DNA from: Felis catus
Lineage: Eukaryota
Reading direction: 5' to 3'
NCBI RefSeq assembly: GCF_018350175.1
Contig: NC_058368.1
Coordinates: forward strand, 220,536,001 to 220,600,000
DNA length: 64,000 nt
Part shown: positions 1 to 12,630 of the stretch, one piece after another
Layout: each line of letters starts with the position of its first letter
Numbering within the stretch: the stretch's first letter is position 1
Program-made: the position numbers and the translations under genes
Notes under the pieces: model-generated
What the model saw: only the letters and a program-made list of their open reading frames with translations
Database searches by the model: none
What the model was told of the DNA's origin: nothing

Positions 1-1959
1 AAAATATTGAATGAAAAAAGACTATTTTTTTTGTCCATAGTAGTCAAAAGCTATATATTAACATTCAACTTCTCAGATGGAAGTTGAGTGGAGGACTTCC
101 ATAGATGGAGACCTCCATAGATGGAGGACTGTTATATTGCAAGAAATAAGAATATGTAGTAAATTTTACTGGAGACAAAAGTGCTCATTTTACATAAAGT
201 ATATTAATTTCTATTTCATCAATTAAAAACACAAATTTATGTTATTCCTATCTATTTATGTACACTGCATACCTATGCTCACAAACACACATGCACACAA
301 ACACAATTACAATGTTGGATGTACTCAATACATTTGCCCAAGTTTGATTGAACCACTCTGAGTATCTGTATGCTCCCTCTGATAGAGCGTGGAGTTACTT
401 ATTCAAGTGAATCAGAATGCCAAAGAATTCTTGAATGCCTGGGGATAAAGGAGATTACTCCATGTTTCATTGACTTTCCTATGAATAGGACAGAAGTATA
501 ATTGCCTGCACAGATTTTCTGTAGGTAATAGAAGTGTTAATTTTTTTTAATTTCCATTTTTGTATGGTATTTCCAGCCTTCTGTGTATAATAAGTAAATG
601 GTAGAAAAACAGAGTCAAAAATATTAATGTCTTGTCTTGGTTCTTCAGAAATTATGAAACATATTTTTTTTTATTCTTGTGCATTACTTCACATGGTTTT
701 AGAGAAATGATGCCAGATCTACAGGGTAGTGAATATCACAGTTTGAAGGAAGACTTCATACCAACTAATTAAAAAGGAAGAAGAAATCCTAAAAGTAAAG
801 TAAAAGAATAAGAAAAATTTAAGAAAATTGTAAAAGGGAATGATGAGTTTCTAAAGGAGGAAACCGTTAAATGCTATTGTCTTGTATGAGAATCGTACCA
901 TATATAACCTCACAGCCCCTCCCTCTCTCATTTACCACAAAAGGGTTAGACAACATGATCTCTAAAGATTCTTTAGTATCTAATTATTTAAATATCTCTA
1001 AAACTGTATTTTTGTTCCTACCTCAGTAAAAGGCACTTGTTGAATAAAAATTACAATTCTTCTTTACCAAATGCTATGGTTCAATCAAAAGAGACTTTAC
1101 ATGTTTAATTTCGTAGACTTGGCAGCCCGTATCTGTATGCCAAAGAAAGCCCAGAGAATCCAATCTGTGATGATGATTTATGATCACAAGATAACACCCA
1201 CTTGAAGACACTGATCCTTGATACCACATATCATCAGGTACTTTAAAATTTTTAAGATTACAGTTTACTTCCGAAGACTTTGCTGTGGCTGCACACACAT
1301 GTGTATTGTTTCAAACAGTAGGTTCGCATACCCTGAGAGGAAATAAAGTAGAAAGCAGTAGTTTATTGGGGACAGTAATCTACTGGGAGACACTGTATCT
1401 ACATTATATGCTTTGAAAACCATAGTCTCATTTCTCCCCAAATATACTGGTGTCTTTTATCCTAGAAGAATTTAAAATGGAGTTAGAAATCTCTCTGAAA
1501 TGGCAGAATCTCTTCAGCAAATAAATTTGCACTATGAAGAAGGAAACTACTGTTGTGACTCTTGATAACCACTCAGCACTAAAGTTATAGCCAAAGCACA
1601 AATTACTCTCAGTGGGTCAGTCTAGAGTAATTTCCCAGGTTTGAACAGCAATCATTACTGAAAAAGCTAAGCTGAATAAATATTTTAATGAATACTTTGA
1701 TTATCAAATTTATAGCCTACATTTTCTAGGCTGATCAGAATTAAATTTAGCTGTTAGAAATAATGTATGCCATTTTAAAAATGACACAGGAGAGATAAAA
1801 ACTAGAGGAGACATTTTTCAATGCACAATATCAATGAGAAGAATTGTAGGGAGAAGTTTCTAAAATAAGTAAATACGTCATAACAGATACAAAAAAATAC
1901 TATTTTCAGTTTTTCAAATATATGCTTAGTAACATTAAATGCTTTAATTGCTGCTAATT

Positions 1960-2520
1960 CACAAGCTAATTTTAAAAAAACCTTCAGGATTATTTGTTTT
2001 CACCTAATATTACCTTTTGTTTGTTGGGAAAAGGAAATTCCAGATTGAAATGTATAAAAATTATGCTTTATTGGCCAGGTTGCAGAGAAACGAACTGTCT
2101 AATCCACCACAAAGATGAATGTAATTTCATATAAATGTTCTGTAAAACAATTTGAAAATATAGTGTGAACGTCTAGGGAAAAAGTCTAAATCTAACGATC
2201 AGTTCTAAGGTTTACTCTAAGAATAAAGAGTGATTCAATAACACTTTGTAAGTACTCATTGTCATATACTTGGTATTTTTAGTAAAGTTTTATTTATAAA
2301 GGCTAGAACCAAAAAAATTATAATAATTAAAATCGAAAAAAAAAACCTTAAATAACCTGCAAGAAACAGTCAAATCCATCCATCCACTAAAATCTAAGCA
2401 TTTGAAGAATATTAATGTTATGATGCAGAGTTCACAAAATATTAAGCGACATCAAAATCAACAAAAATAGCATGCAAATCACATATATAGTCAAAATTTT
2501 ATCATGTGTACAACTGTATA
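1960..2520 (+). mobile_element. Very old L1 (L1ME-like) 3' fragment
   Basis: Weak resemblance to L1 late-ORF2/3' sequence (e.g. 'gaatgtaatttcatataaatgttctgtaaaacaatttgaaaata'); highly diverged. Confidence 0.35.
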
Positions 2521-2759
2521 TGCATAAATGTCTATAAATTCATTGATAACATAAATACAATTGAAAGTGAATTTATACTCAACATACAGATTAAAATTAG
2601 ACTGCTTGTCACGTGATCTTCTGCCCCATTTTCCTTTCCCGAGCTGCAGCAAATACTCTCTAGTACTCTGTCTCCTTCCTTGTGAGCGTTCCCCTGTAAA
2701 TTAAATCAGCCTGTGTTTCATATGGCGATGGGTCTGAACGGATTTTATGGGGACTGCTG

Positions 2760-3120
2760 TACTCTCCAACCAGCATTGCACTGGGGAGATTTTTCTGGAT
2801 TTCCCTGATCCTTCCTGTGAAAGCCTGAGTATTTTTGAAGAAAAAGTATGCAGATGGGTGGTAGGCCCTATTACTGCAGTCTCCAGGAGCTACATACTCT
2901 CATATAAACTCACATTTAGCCTCCAACAACTCATCATGTTCTCTAGTTTAATGTTCCTAGAGACTTCTATAGTTACTGGCAGCTTGTGCCCAAAGTAAGT
3001 AAACGTTTTTGTCCTTTGACTTTTGTTCTCTTATGCATTCTTGAAAAGTTATTAATTTGCTGCTTGAACAATATTTTTTTCCTTATAGTTAAGTATAGTA
3101 GTTTTTTTTTTTCAGTTCTT
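2760..3120 (-). mobile_element. Old L1 5'-UTR-like fragment (L1MC/MD-type)
   Basis: 'cacatttagcctccaacaactcatca...gcagcttgtgcccaaagtaagt...gaaaagttattaatttg' resembles the antisense 5' end of L1MC/MD families as recalled. Confidence 0.45.
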
Positions 3121-3789
3121 TAGATGTTCAAGATAGATTCAGAATTGGTTAATATACTGTGGAGTAAGCATACCATTCAATAGTAAGTTGCTTGATCTTA
3201 TTCTAGAGAAAGACATCTTTCATGTAAGTTAATTTGAGAAAATTGAAAGTACCAATTTCCAGAGTTAAAAATGATAATGAACTATTTTTAAATAATAATT
3301 ACTTACATCATTTAAATACATGTGTGCACAGCTTCTAGTTAATTGACTATATTTTATCTCTCTTATCCCTTTGACCTCATGGAATAATTAAAGTATGAAA
3401 ATGAATCACATGCAAAGGAAACTGTAATCTAAGGCTGGAATATAATATTATTTCCGACATGAGTGTTCTTTTTGAAATAAAAAAAATATAATAGGATCAA
3501 CTGGAGTAGAGGATACTTTCCCCCTCAGAAAAAATGTTTGGTTTGTGTGTCTAAGAAAATTCCTTGCATAAATTTATTTGTTAAGTCTGGTTAAAAGTAT
3601 AAAATGGGAAGTGAAGAGAATAATGTTGATAATATTGAAGTTGAAGGTAATGTTAATAATCATAATTATAGTGATAATGGTGACTTAAATTCCAGTCCTC
3701 TGGGAAGAAAGATTCCATGAGGTTTTATTTGCTGCGAGTTATTGCAATATGCATTTCTCAAATAAAAACCATCATCATCATCATCATTG

Positions 3790-4205
3790 GCTTACTATAC
3801 CATTTGACTAGAAAATTTACATGCATTCATTTATTTCATGTTCTCCCAAACCATGCAAAATCTCCATAATTATTCCCTATTTGGAGATATCGAACAAGGA
3901 TTTAAGCTATTAGTGCATTTCTTTCAAGTTACAAGTCTAAGAAGCAAACCAAACTTTGGCCTAAAAACTTCAAAATTCTATTATTTTACCCTGTTTTCCT
4001 CCTGAAAACTTGTTACAATAGAAATAATATTCTATACTTAATATGTGCCAGGCACTGTTTGAAATCCTTAAAATATTTAGTTGACATAAAATAAATATGT
4101 ATTAGCTAGTGGTATTATCACCTCCATTTTATAAATGAGAAAAACAGAACAGAATAGTTACAGCTAGTATGGGAAAATTGGAACACAGAGTGTCTGGCTT
4201 CAGAG
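3790..4205 (-). mobile_element. Two adjacent decayed MIR fragments
   Basis: 'tatgtgccaggcactgtt' and 'attatcacctccattttataaatgagaaaaac' are antisense MIR core motifs; a second weaker copy lies at ~3790-3950. Confidence 0.6.
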
Positions 4206-4570
4206 GATATGCTATCTTGAGAACCAATATGTGGTTGAGGAGTATATCTAGATTTAGATATAGACACCTATAACTGTTTATTTTACCTATCTATTGTCTA
4301 TCATCTATCATCATAGCTATGGAGATGCTATCGAGATATTTGCAAAAGTTTCAAATGTTCGCAAAGAATGAGATAAATTAAAGTAATTATTTCAGTATTC
4401 TAAAACCTCAGCTTTTACCTTGTAAAGACAGAGTAAATATTTTCATGGCATTTTTTTTCTTGGCACATATCAAATGATTTTATAATACTAACACCATACC
4501 TTGAGTTGTCTTATAATATCATTTATGTTTATCATATTTTAACTCACAAATGGTATACACCATGCTTATA

Positions 4571-4600
4571 GTTTTGTTTTGTTTTGTTTTGTTTTGTTTT
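4571..4600. repeat. (GTTTT)n microsatellite
   Basis: Direct reading. Confidence 0.95.
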
Positions 4601-5812
4601 TCTAAAAATGAAGCATGTGAACCATGAGAAGAACAGCGCTAACAAAATGTAATGTTAAGTCCACCGCACCCTCTCTGGTGGGGCTGAAACTAAATGGACA
4701 AGGAGATGTGTGACTCAGATACTCCTTCAAGAAAGAGCTTGGCTGAGTAGGATTAGCTGGCAGCTTTGAGTGTTAACACTCCTTCGAGTGTGCCTGTTTT
4801 TTTGAGCCAAGATCTTGCTCTTTTTGGGGTGGTCCCACACAATGACTCATCATCCTGGGCCCTAGCTACTTTTCCTCAAGTGAGACTCCTCTAATAAGCA
4901 GGTTTTAGTCTGTAACTCTGTTGGCTGATAAAATCTTGGTAATTCCTGCCTCATGTTTTGACTGTTCCCATGCTTAATCCTGCTTTCTGTTTTTTAACTT
5001 TTCAGGTGTTAATCCTCACAATATTGTTTACCTCCCACTTCATCTCAGAGACTATTTCCCAAAGGAGCTGATTGACAGAATGTTCAATGGGATGATGCCT
5101 AAATGAGCAGGTGGTAAGAAGAGGTTTCAGAACTGCTTCACTCACCAGGCAGGAGACATTGAAAACCCCATCTCAGGACACAAATAGTTCTCTGACACAA
5201 GATGGATGCCCAATTGCTAATTTTTTTACTGGTGTTACTTGGGAAAATGTTCTGGTAGGGAGAAACCCTAAACAGTGTGACAATTCAGACATTTGAAAAA
5301 CACAGGGAACAAAGCTTGCAGGGAAACGGACTTGTTTACTGACTATAAAATTGCACTGTTACTCTTCTGAGGGATGGTGAAAACCTAAGGGCCTAGGACG
5401 CTAAATGTGAAGGCCAGAGGACCTCTTCAGGAGCTCACAAAGAGGCCCTTATCTCCAATATAAGGAAAAGAGAAAATTGAAAGGTGATTGAATACTCAAC
5501 TGAGGAACACTTATTCCAGAGTAAGAATGCCATTTGAGAAAACCTGACAACCGGGTATATCTTGTGGAGACATTCCACTATTTAAACACCTGTGAACCCT
5601 CAGAGACTGCAGGGTCGCCCATCCAAGCTTATTAAGGGCTAGCACTATCCATCATGAAGGGAGACCTTTTAGAAGAAAGAAGTTTCCCCCTAAGAAGAAG
5701 GAGGTACTGGAAAGAGCCAGTATGTGAAAGCCTTGGAGCTGGTTCATAAGTGTACCTGGTCAAGGGGGCCAGAAGATAAGATTGATGAAAGGTAAATTTG
5801 TCAACTGGGGGG

Positions 5813-6470
5813 TGCATAGTAAAGAATTTCTTTTTCTCCAAAAGAGGTCTGACCTTTGCCGGGGGGCTACCATTAGATAATCTGTAGCCCTTGGAATTTC
5901 CTGCCTGATGGGAGTCCTTGTTTTCCTGGGAGCTCCAGTTCTAGGACAATCTATCAATGTGATTGGCAGTGGCTTTGAACCACGTCTTATGAGTTCACAC
6001 CTCCAGAGGAAGTGGTGGCTCACCTCTCAGGGAGGGGAAAAGGAAGGTGGACCTGGGACTAAAGTTCAGCTACAGAGATGGTCTGTAGTTAAACCCTAGT
6101 TGGTGATATTCTTTGCATATTACCACCTTTAATGCTGAAAGGGTAACATGTCCCTAAACATGATAAAACCTTCAAGTTTGGGTGCTCACAGATTCTACCC
6201 TACCTGTCTCTTCATTTGGCTGGTTCTATTGTGTATCTGTTGGCTGTTATAAACATGAGACTATGAGAATCATGGCCCTCAGAAAGTTTTGTGAATCATT
6301 ATAGTGGATTATTGAATCTGAGGGAGTCTGTGGGGACCCACAAATTAATGGCCAGCTAGTAATAAGTGAGAGGGCTATAGGGACCCCCAAATTATGGCTA
6401 GTGTTTGAAGTGAGAGTAGTCTTGTGGGGACTATTCCCTCATAATATCCAGTTTGCCCAACTCATTTGTA
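5813..6470 (+). mobile_element. MER21C-like LTR nested in gag of ERV-L #1
   Basis: Starts 'tgcatagtaaagaatttc...aaaagaggtctgacctttgcc'; 3' part 'ttattgaatctgaggga...gaagtgagagtagtcttgtgggga' is typical of the MER21 group; ERV-L gag-like text stops at 5812 and resumes at ~6471. Confidence 0.7.
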
Positions 6471-7293
6471 AGGGAATCCTCTTAGTATATAGAACTTAAC
6501 ACAATAGCAAGGATTCCAGTGATGTGTCAAGACTCACTGCCAGATTGGCTCCTAGAAGCTTGGAGAAAACAAGAGCCCAGGATGAGTGAAGCTAAAAAGG
6601 TTTAATTGCCATTGCAGATGGTAGAGGTAACAAAAAAAAATGAGAGGAATATGCATGTTTGGGTGGATATATTATATGAAATGCCAAGGCCTACCTGATA
6701 ATTTTGTTTCCTGGGAAGGCCCGGAGGACACACCATCTACCGAGGCCATCAGGGATAAAGTGGTAAGAGGACACCAGAATGATTAGCTAGTTCAGTGGAA
6801 ACTGTTGGCAGGCTAAAGCTGAGATTGAGGAAGGTCATAAATCTTTTCTGATTAATAGTAAAAGAGAGGATAGTTTATTTAAGGTCTACCAGAAGCCTCA
6901 GGGGGATGCAGTTTTGTATACTGGCAAGATCAGAGTGACAACCAAGAGGAGTTTAAGCTTCAGGCTGTTATGGAAGCTGATAATGAAACATGGCATCTCC
7001 AGGCGAAAAAGATATGGGTACTGTGTAATACCATCATAAAATAATATATAATTAAATAAAGCAGTAATGAGAAAATAGGATGCTAAGAGAAGTAACCCAG
7101 GAATTGTCATAATACAGTGCCAATAGTTTTTATCTCAGAGACATACACCTGAAAAGATTTCCAGATCCATGGAAGGAGGACCCAACAACATTACGGCAAG
7201 AATATGCTTTAATAATTGTGCCAATTCTTTTCCAAACTACCTATAGCTATTTGCTTGGATGGAAGTACAATGCGTAAAGAAAATTGCATATCA

Positions 7294-9830
7294 TTTCAAG
7301 AGCTATTGAACACAGGGTCTGAGTTGACATGGATTCTCAGATACATGAAGTGTTATTCCCCTCCCCCCCCATAATTATCTTGATCCAGGTAAAACATAGA
7401 AATCTTGCCAGTGTCCAGCATATAGTAGGCCCACTGGATTAGAGAATCTACATGGTGATCATTTCATCAATCTCTGAATCTATAACTGGAGTTGGCACAC
7501 TGTGTAGTTAACATAATCTCTTCATTGGGAACTTGGCTTGGGAAGTAAGTGTAACCAATAGTGCAGAAGGACAAATGGAAGTTTCTAAAACTTCCCCCAA
7601 CCAAGATAGTAAATAAAAACATATTATGTGGTGTAGCAAGACGGTAGAGATTAGTGTAATACTAAAGATCTAAAGAAGCAGGGGAGAGGGTCCCTATGTT
7701 ATCATTTGATTCATGATTTTAACCCCTGAAGAAACCAGATGAATTTTGAGGACTACCACAGGCCCATGAGTAGTAGCTCCAAGGGCTTATGTAGAACATG
7801 TCACTGATCAAATATATTGATTTTATTGTGATGAATGGGCAGCATGATGAACAGATAACTAGCATGAGATGATAAAGACCTTAACAAAATATATAAATTT
7901 CAGAATGCAGGAAATAAACCCTAAAGATATCAATGACCTGCCATTTCAGTAAAATCTTCAGGAGTCCAAATAGTTAGATTCTTCTCTTGAAAACAAGAGA
8001 CAAATTGTTGCATCTTGCATTTCCTATCAAAAAGAAGTATGCATAGCACTTAGTAGACATGAGATTCTGGAGGCAATACATTCCACACTTAAGAATACTT
8101 CCTTGGAGGGGCGCCTGGGTGGCGCAGTCGGTTAAGCATCCGACTTCAGCCAGGTCACGATCTCGCGGTCCGTGAGTTCGAGCCCCGCGTCGGGCTCTGG
8201 GCTGATGGCTCGGAGCCTGGAGCCTGTTTCTGATTCTGTGTCTCCCTCTCTCTCTGCCCCTCCCCCGTTCATGCTCTGTCTCTCTCTGTCCCAAAAATAA
8301 ATAAAAACGTTGGAAAAAAAATAAATATGTAAAAAGAATACTTCCTTGGAATATATACCAGTTGATAAGGAAGCCTACTTGCTTTGAGTGAGGCCCAGAG
8401 CAGGGAAGGACTCTGCAGTAGGTCCAACAGTAGTATGAGTTGCCCTTCTAGTGGTATCTAAGGTGGGGAAGGATCAGTGGTAGCAGAAGTTGCACTGTGA
8501 AGTTTATGGCAAGCCCTGTCATAGGATCAGAATATAAGCCCATAGGTTTCCAGATGAAGGTCATGCTCTCTGAAACAGAAAGTTAGATGTCTTGAAACAA
8601 CATCAACAACAACAACAACAACAAAACAGCTATTGGAATGCACCTACTCCTTAATAAAGTCAGAATGCTGGCACTGTACATCAAAAACTGAGTCCTATAA
8701 GACATCCCAAGTCAGGAAGGTCCAATAGAAAATTTGTTGAAAGATAAAGACAATAACTTTAGGACTGAGCACACGCAGGAACAGAAGACATAAGCAATCT
8801 AGAGGACATTTGCAAGTCATCAGGACCCTATGTCACCTACAGCAACTGCGCCAGCATTATTCCCTCATATCACACCAATGACTATGTGGGACATCCCAGA
8901 AGACCACCTGAATATGGATAAAAATAACAAACTTGCTTTATCTGTGGGTTAGCTAAACATGTAGGTTCAAGCAGAAACTAGAGAGTGGCTGTGTTGTAGC
9001 CTCATTCACAGACAGGTTTGAAAGACAGAAGAAAGGAAAGTATTTCCAATGGGTGAAGCTTTGAGGGGGGGATTTGATTATACACAGTTTGAAGAAATGG
9101 CTGAGGTTAAAAGTAGTGGCTAATGAGCTGGATAGTTGTTCAGGAGACCAGAAAACAAGGATTGGAAAATCAGAGACAAGGAGGTCTGGGATGGAGACAT
9201 AATGATGAATAGATGGGAATGAGGACAAAGTGTGAAGACCTTTGTATAACATCTTAATGTGCAAAGAAAATGTCTACCACACAAGAAGTACTACACAACC
9301 AAATAGATATTAATGACTCAGCCAGTTGACACTAACCATGTTTTATCAGCAGCCACTTAGTGCTGGCAAATGAACATTCAAATTATGAGTGCATTCTAGC
9401 AGAGATGAAGGATATGCACGTACCCCTTCTTATCACAGCTGGTCTAGCTATTGCCACCTCTATTTGTACAACAGAAAACAACAGAGTGGCTGATATGATA
9501 CTATGCTTCAAGGAGATAAAATGGCTCTTAACATCTTGGAATGGCTATTGATTTGTTCTCATAGGAACAGATGTTTAATTTCAAGTATGGATTTGCTTTG
9601 TCTACTTACTAAGTCTCAGCCAACACCATTATTCAGGAGCTTACAGATTATGAACCCATAACCATGAAATCCCATACAACTGGGTATTAAAACAAAGAAC
9701 CCCATTCATAACAAAGAATATGGAGGATTGGGCCTATGTTACATACTACACCGTTCAAAAACAGTTGGACTAGTAAAGAGTTGGAATGTCTGCTAAAGAT
9801 TCATTTGAAAGGCCAGTTTGGAGGCAATAC
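7294..9830 (+). pseudogene. ERV-L pro/pol remnants (protease, RT, integrase), heavily disrupted
   Basis: 7294-7338 translates FQELLNTGSELTWIL (cf. ERV-L LLDTGSELT). ~7720 reads PLKKPDEF (cf. PVKKPDGSW). 7813-7824 reads YIDF (cf. YIDD). ~8065 reads FWRQYIPHL. Integrase-like text at ~9530-9800. Many stops and frameshifts. Confidence 0.85.
8108..8333 (+). mobile_element. Young felid CAN-SINE (SINEC_Fc-type) inserted in ERV-L pol
   Basis: ggggcgcctgggtggcgcagtcgg head, B box gagttcgagccc, CT-rich body, A tail; perfect 17-bp TSD aagaatacttccttgga (8091-8107 / 8334-8350). Confidence 0.97.
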
Positions 9831-10550
9831 TCTGAGGATAGTATTCCATCCACACTAAATCAGAAATGTTACTGCATCCTCAATAGGAAAATGATATGAA
9901 TCCAGGAAACAAGGTGGAGGCCTCACTCCCAAAGGTCCATTTTAGTTAGTTGTTTCCCATTTCTGGAACTCTGAATTCTGCTGGAATAAAGTCCTGATCC
10001 TGAAGAATATACCCCTCTTTTAGACCAACAGGCAGGAAGGGGAACTTTTCATGAGGAGCTAACCCTGATTAGCAGGAAAAGATAGGGATATTGATATACT
10101 TTCAAGGCAGTGAAAAATATATGCAAAATGCAGGTGATTCACTTGGCTGTCCATTTGTTTTTCTATGTCAATTGTGATTGTCAATAGATAGGGATAAAGT
10201 ATGTCTGCTTGAGAAGGGTATGATTCTTAAGTGATATGACCCCTAAAATGAAGATTTGTGTTACAGTCCTAGGTCAATAAAAAGACCAGCAGAGGTGATA
10301 GCTGGAGGTAAGAGGAATTTAGAATATATAATAAAGGGGGAATACAATGAGTTGTAGTCTCAAAACCAACTGCAGGAATGAGAGCTGTAATTTATCTCAC
10401 CTCTCTTCTAAATTTACACCTAGGAAGGGGTAACTACTGGAGTGTTGGAAGAGCTACTGTCTGGTCATGAATGGAGAGATGGAACTACATGGGGCAAATG
10501 GAGGACTCCATAGCACCCATAACATGCTTCCTTTCAAGAAAGAAATGCTT

Positions 10551-10750
10551 AAGATAAAAACAGAGAGGGAGGCAAACCATAAGAGACTCTTAAATACAGA
10601 AAACAAACTGAAGGTTGATGAAAATGAGGGATGGGCATTAAAGAGGGCACTTGTTGGGATGAGCACTGGGCATTATATGTAAGTGATGAATCACTGATTT
10701 TCTTCCTGAAGCCAAGACAACACTGTATGTTAACTAACTTAAGAATAAAT
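10551..10750 (+). mobile_element. 5'-truncated felid/carnivore L1 3' end inserted in the 3' LTR of ERV-L #1
   Basis: 'aagataaaaacagagagggaggcaaaccataagagactcttaaatacag...gatgagcactggg...ttaactaactt' matches a felid L1 3' UTR; approximate TSD aagaaagaaatgctt (10536-10550) / aagaaaagaacatgctt (10924-10940). Confidence 0.85.
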
Positions 10751-10761
10751 ATGAAAGAATC

Positions 10762-10845
10762 AAAGGAGAGAGAGAGAGAAGAGGAAGGATGGAAGGAAGG
10801 AAAGAAGGAAGGAAGGAAGGAAGGAAGGAAGGAAGGAAGAAGGAA

Positions 10846-10912
<67 letters not shown>

Positions 10913-10930
10913 GGAAAGAAAGAAAGAAAA
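10762..10930. repeat. (GA)/(GGAA)n/(GAAA)n compound microsatellite derived from the L1 A tail
   Basis: Direct reading; lies immediately after the L1 3' end. Confidence 0.95.
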
Positions 10931-11287
10931 GAACATGCTTCCAGTGTGGTTACCTGACAACCCATGAATACTAATTCCACAGCATTTTAGCTGAGGTCAT
11001 ACTTCTCAAGATGGCTCCAGGCATTTAATGGCTCTTGCTCTCCATTTCCAGTTTTCACTCCTTACACAGGCATTTTCCCATTAAATCTCTTACCTTCTAT
11101 TTATAACTTTGTGTGTGCTTTGCAAAAGCCCAAACTAACACAGAACCCACTCCATTATGATCTTAAATATTTAAAACTTTCTATATTTATGTGAAACCTC
11201 TACCCATATTTTCTCTTTATGCACCTATCTTTTTCTGAAATTATGTGATATATACATAATATTTGTCATTCTAGAGTAAAACATTGT

Positions 11288-11504
11288 TTTTACTTTTTAA
11301 ATGTTTATTATTTATTTTTGAGAGAAAAACAGTGCAAGCAGAGGAGGGACAGAGAGTGAGGGAGACACAGAATCCAAAGCAGGCTCCAGGAGCTGAGCTA
11401 TTAGCAGAGTCCCAACAAGGGCTTAAACTCGCAAACTGTGAGTTCATGACCTGAGCCAAAATGAAGATTCAGATGCTTAACCAACTGAGCCACCCAGATA
11501 CCCC
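11288..11504 (-). mobile_element. CAN-SINE (older)
   Basis: Antisense SINE ending 'ctgagccacccagatacccc'; TSD ctagagtaaaacattgt / ctagggtaaaacatcgt (2 mismatches). Confidence 0.93.
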
Positions 11505-11759
11505 CTAGGGTAAAACATCGTAAATACTTGTAAAAACTCCCTTGTTTTTATTTATTTTTTTCATACATTTAGGTATTTATTATGGTAAGGTATTCTCTAA
11601 AACTGGCCATTTTCTTCTGAATACATTCTATTTTGGATGACATTTCCTTAAAAATCTAGCATGGAAATTATAATTTTTGTCCCAATGGCATTTGGAGTCT
11701 GAGGTCACAATGGGATCATCAAATTCCCTACTCTCTATTCTGTATTTATGTTGATAAGG

Positions 11760-12290
11760 TCTACAGTCAAATTTGCATTTTCTCACACCATACAATAGAA
11801 CTATATAAAAGCTGCAGTCACCTAGAAGTCATATATCTTTTTCATATATACTGGTGTAAAGACTTATTTTCTTCATTGAATGTTTCTGCAATTGTTCCTT
11901 TGGAACTAAGCATAATACTTTACATTTATTCTCATTATATTTCATTTAATTCGCTTTGGTCCATCTAACTCATCAATATTCTTTCACATCCTGAATCTGT
12001 CATCTAATATACTTACTAATATGTCCTAAATTAGTTTCACCTTCAAATCCACTCATCATGCCATTTCTGTTCTAGGAACTGGTATAAATGTAGAATAGGA
12101 TAAGCTCTGTTAGCTAATGTTTAAACACTTTCCTACAGATAAGTATCAATTTATTTATCAACAGTTTTGCATTTGTTCATTCAACCAAGTATGGAATCAT
12201 GTAAATGTACATTTATCATCACTAAATTCATAGTTCACTCTGTTTCCACAAGATTTTTATTAGATATATTATCAAATATGTCTATTTCCT
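11760..12290 (-). mobile_element. L3/CR1 LINE fragment
   Basis: 'actttacatttattctcattatatttcattt...atcctgaatctgtcatctaata...ataaatgtagaataggataag' resembles antisense L3/CR1 RT region. Confidence 0.65.
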
Positions 12291-12427
12291 ACAAGATTCA
12301 ATATATATGTTTGATCAAGATTCATCATAAACAATTATAAGTATTTAATAACTGTTGGGAAAAGAAGTTATAGGATAAGTGGTATTGTAAAATCCTGCTG
12401 ATTCTCTTTGAATTTTGATCTTAAAAA

Positions 12428-12630
12428 TTTTTTTTAATGTTTTATTTTATTTTTTGAGAGACAGAGACAAAGCATGTGCAAGGGAGGGGCAGAGATAGGG
12501 AGACACAGAATTCAAAGCAGGTTCCAGGATCTGAGCTATCAGCCCAGAGCCCGAAGCTGAGCTCACGGGTGTGAGATCATGACCTGAACCGAAGTTGGAC
12601 ACTCAACCAACTGAGCCACCCAGGTGCCCC
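12428..12630 (-). mobile_element. CAN-SINE
   Basis: T-rich tail, GA-rich body, ends 'ctgagccacccaggtgcccc'. Confidence 0.93.

Larger units (their letters stand above)
4690..11142 (+). mobile_element. Decayed ERV-L provirus #1 (LTR16-type LTRs, ERV3-16A3/ERVL-like internal)
   Basis: 5' LTR ~4690-5077 ends 'catctcagagactatttccc...ttgaca'; internal gag/pro/pol remnants follow; PPT-like 'ggggcaaatggaggac' at ~10490; 3' LTR ~10507-11142 ends 'caaactaacaca'. Confidence 0.85.

Noticed and set aside
1117..1237. Exon-like segment (ttcgtag|...catcag|gtactt)
   Set aside because: Stop codons in all three plus-strand frames and weak splice signals; the minus-strand 74-aa ORF resembles nothing I recognise. 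A non-coding exon cannot be excluded without RNA data.
8108..8190. tRNA gene (A and B boxes)
   Set aside because: This is the tRNA-derived SINE head, followed by SINE body, A tail and TSD.
7974..8294. Recurrent ORFs such as MGQRETEHERGRGRERGRHR... (also 51029-51232, 27343-27774, 38859-39119)
   Set aside because: Chance translations of CAN-SINE copies, not a gene family.
9360..9551. Domesticated ERV-L gene
   Set aside because: A short frame within a pol remnant riddled with stops; protease and RT catalytic motifs are mutated (NTG, YIDF).
10549..10980. K/E/R-rich and F/L/S-rich ORFs (also 17304-17805, 22868-23065)
   Set aside because: Open only because they cross stop-free microsatellites.
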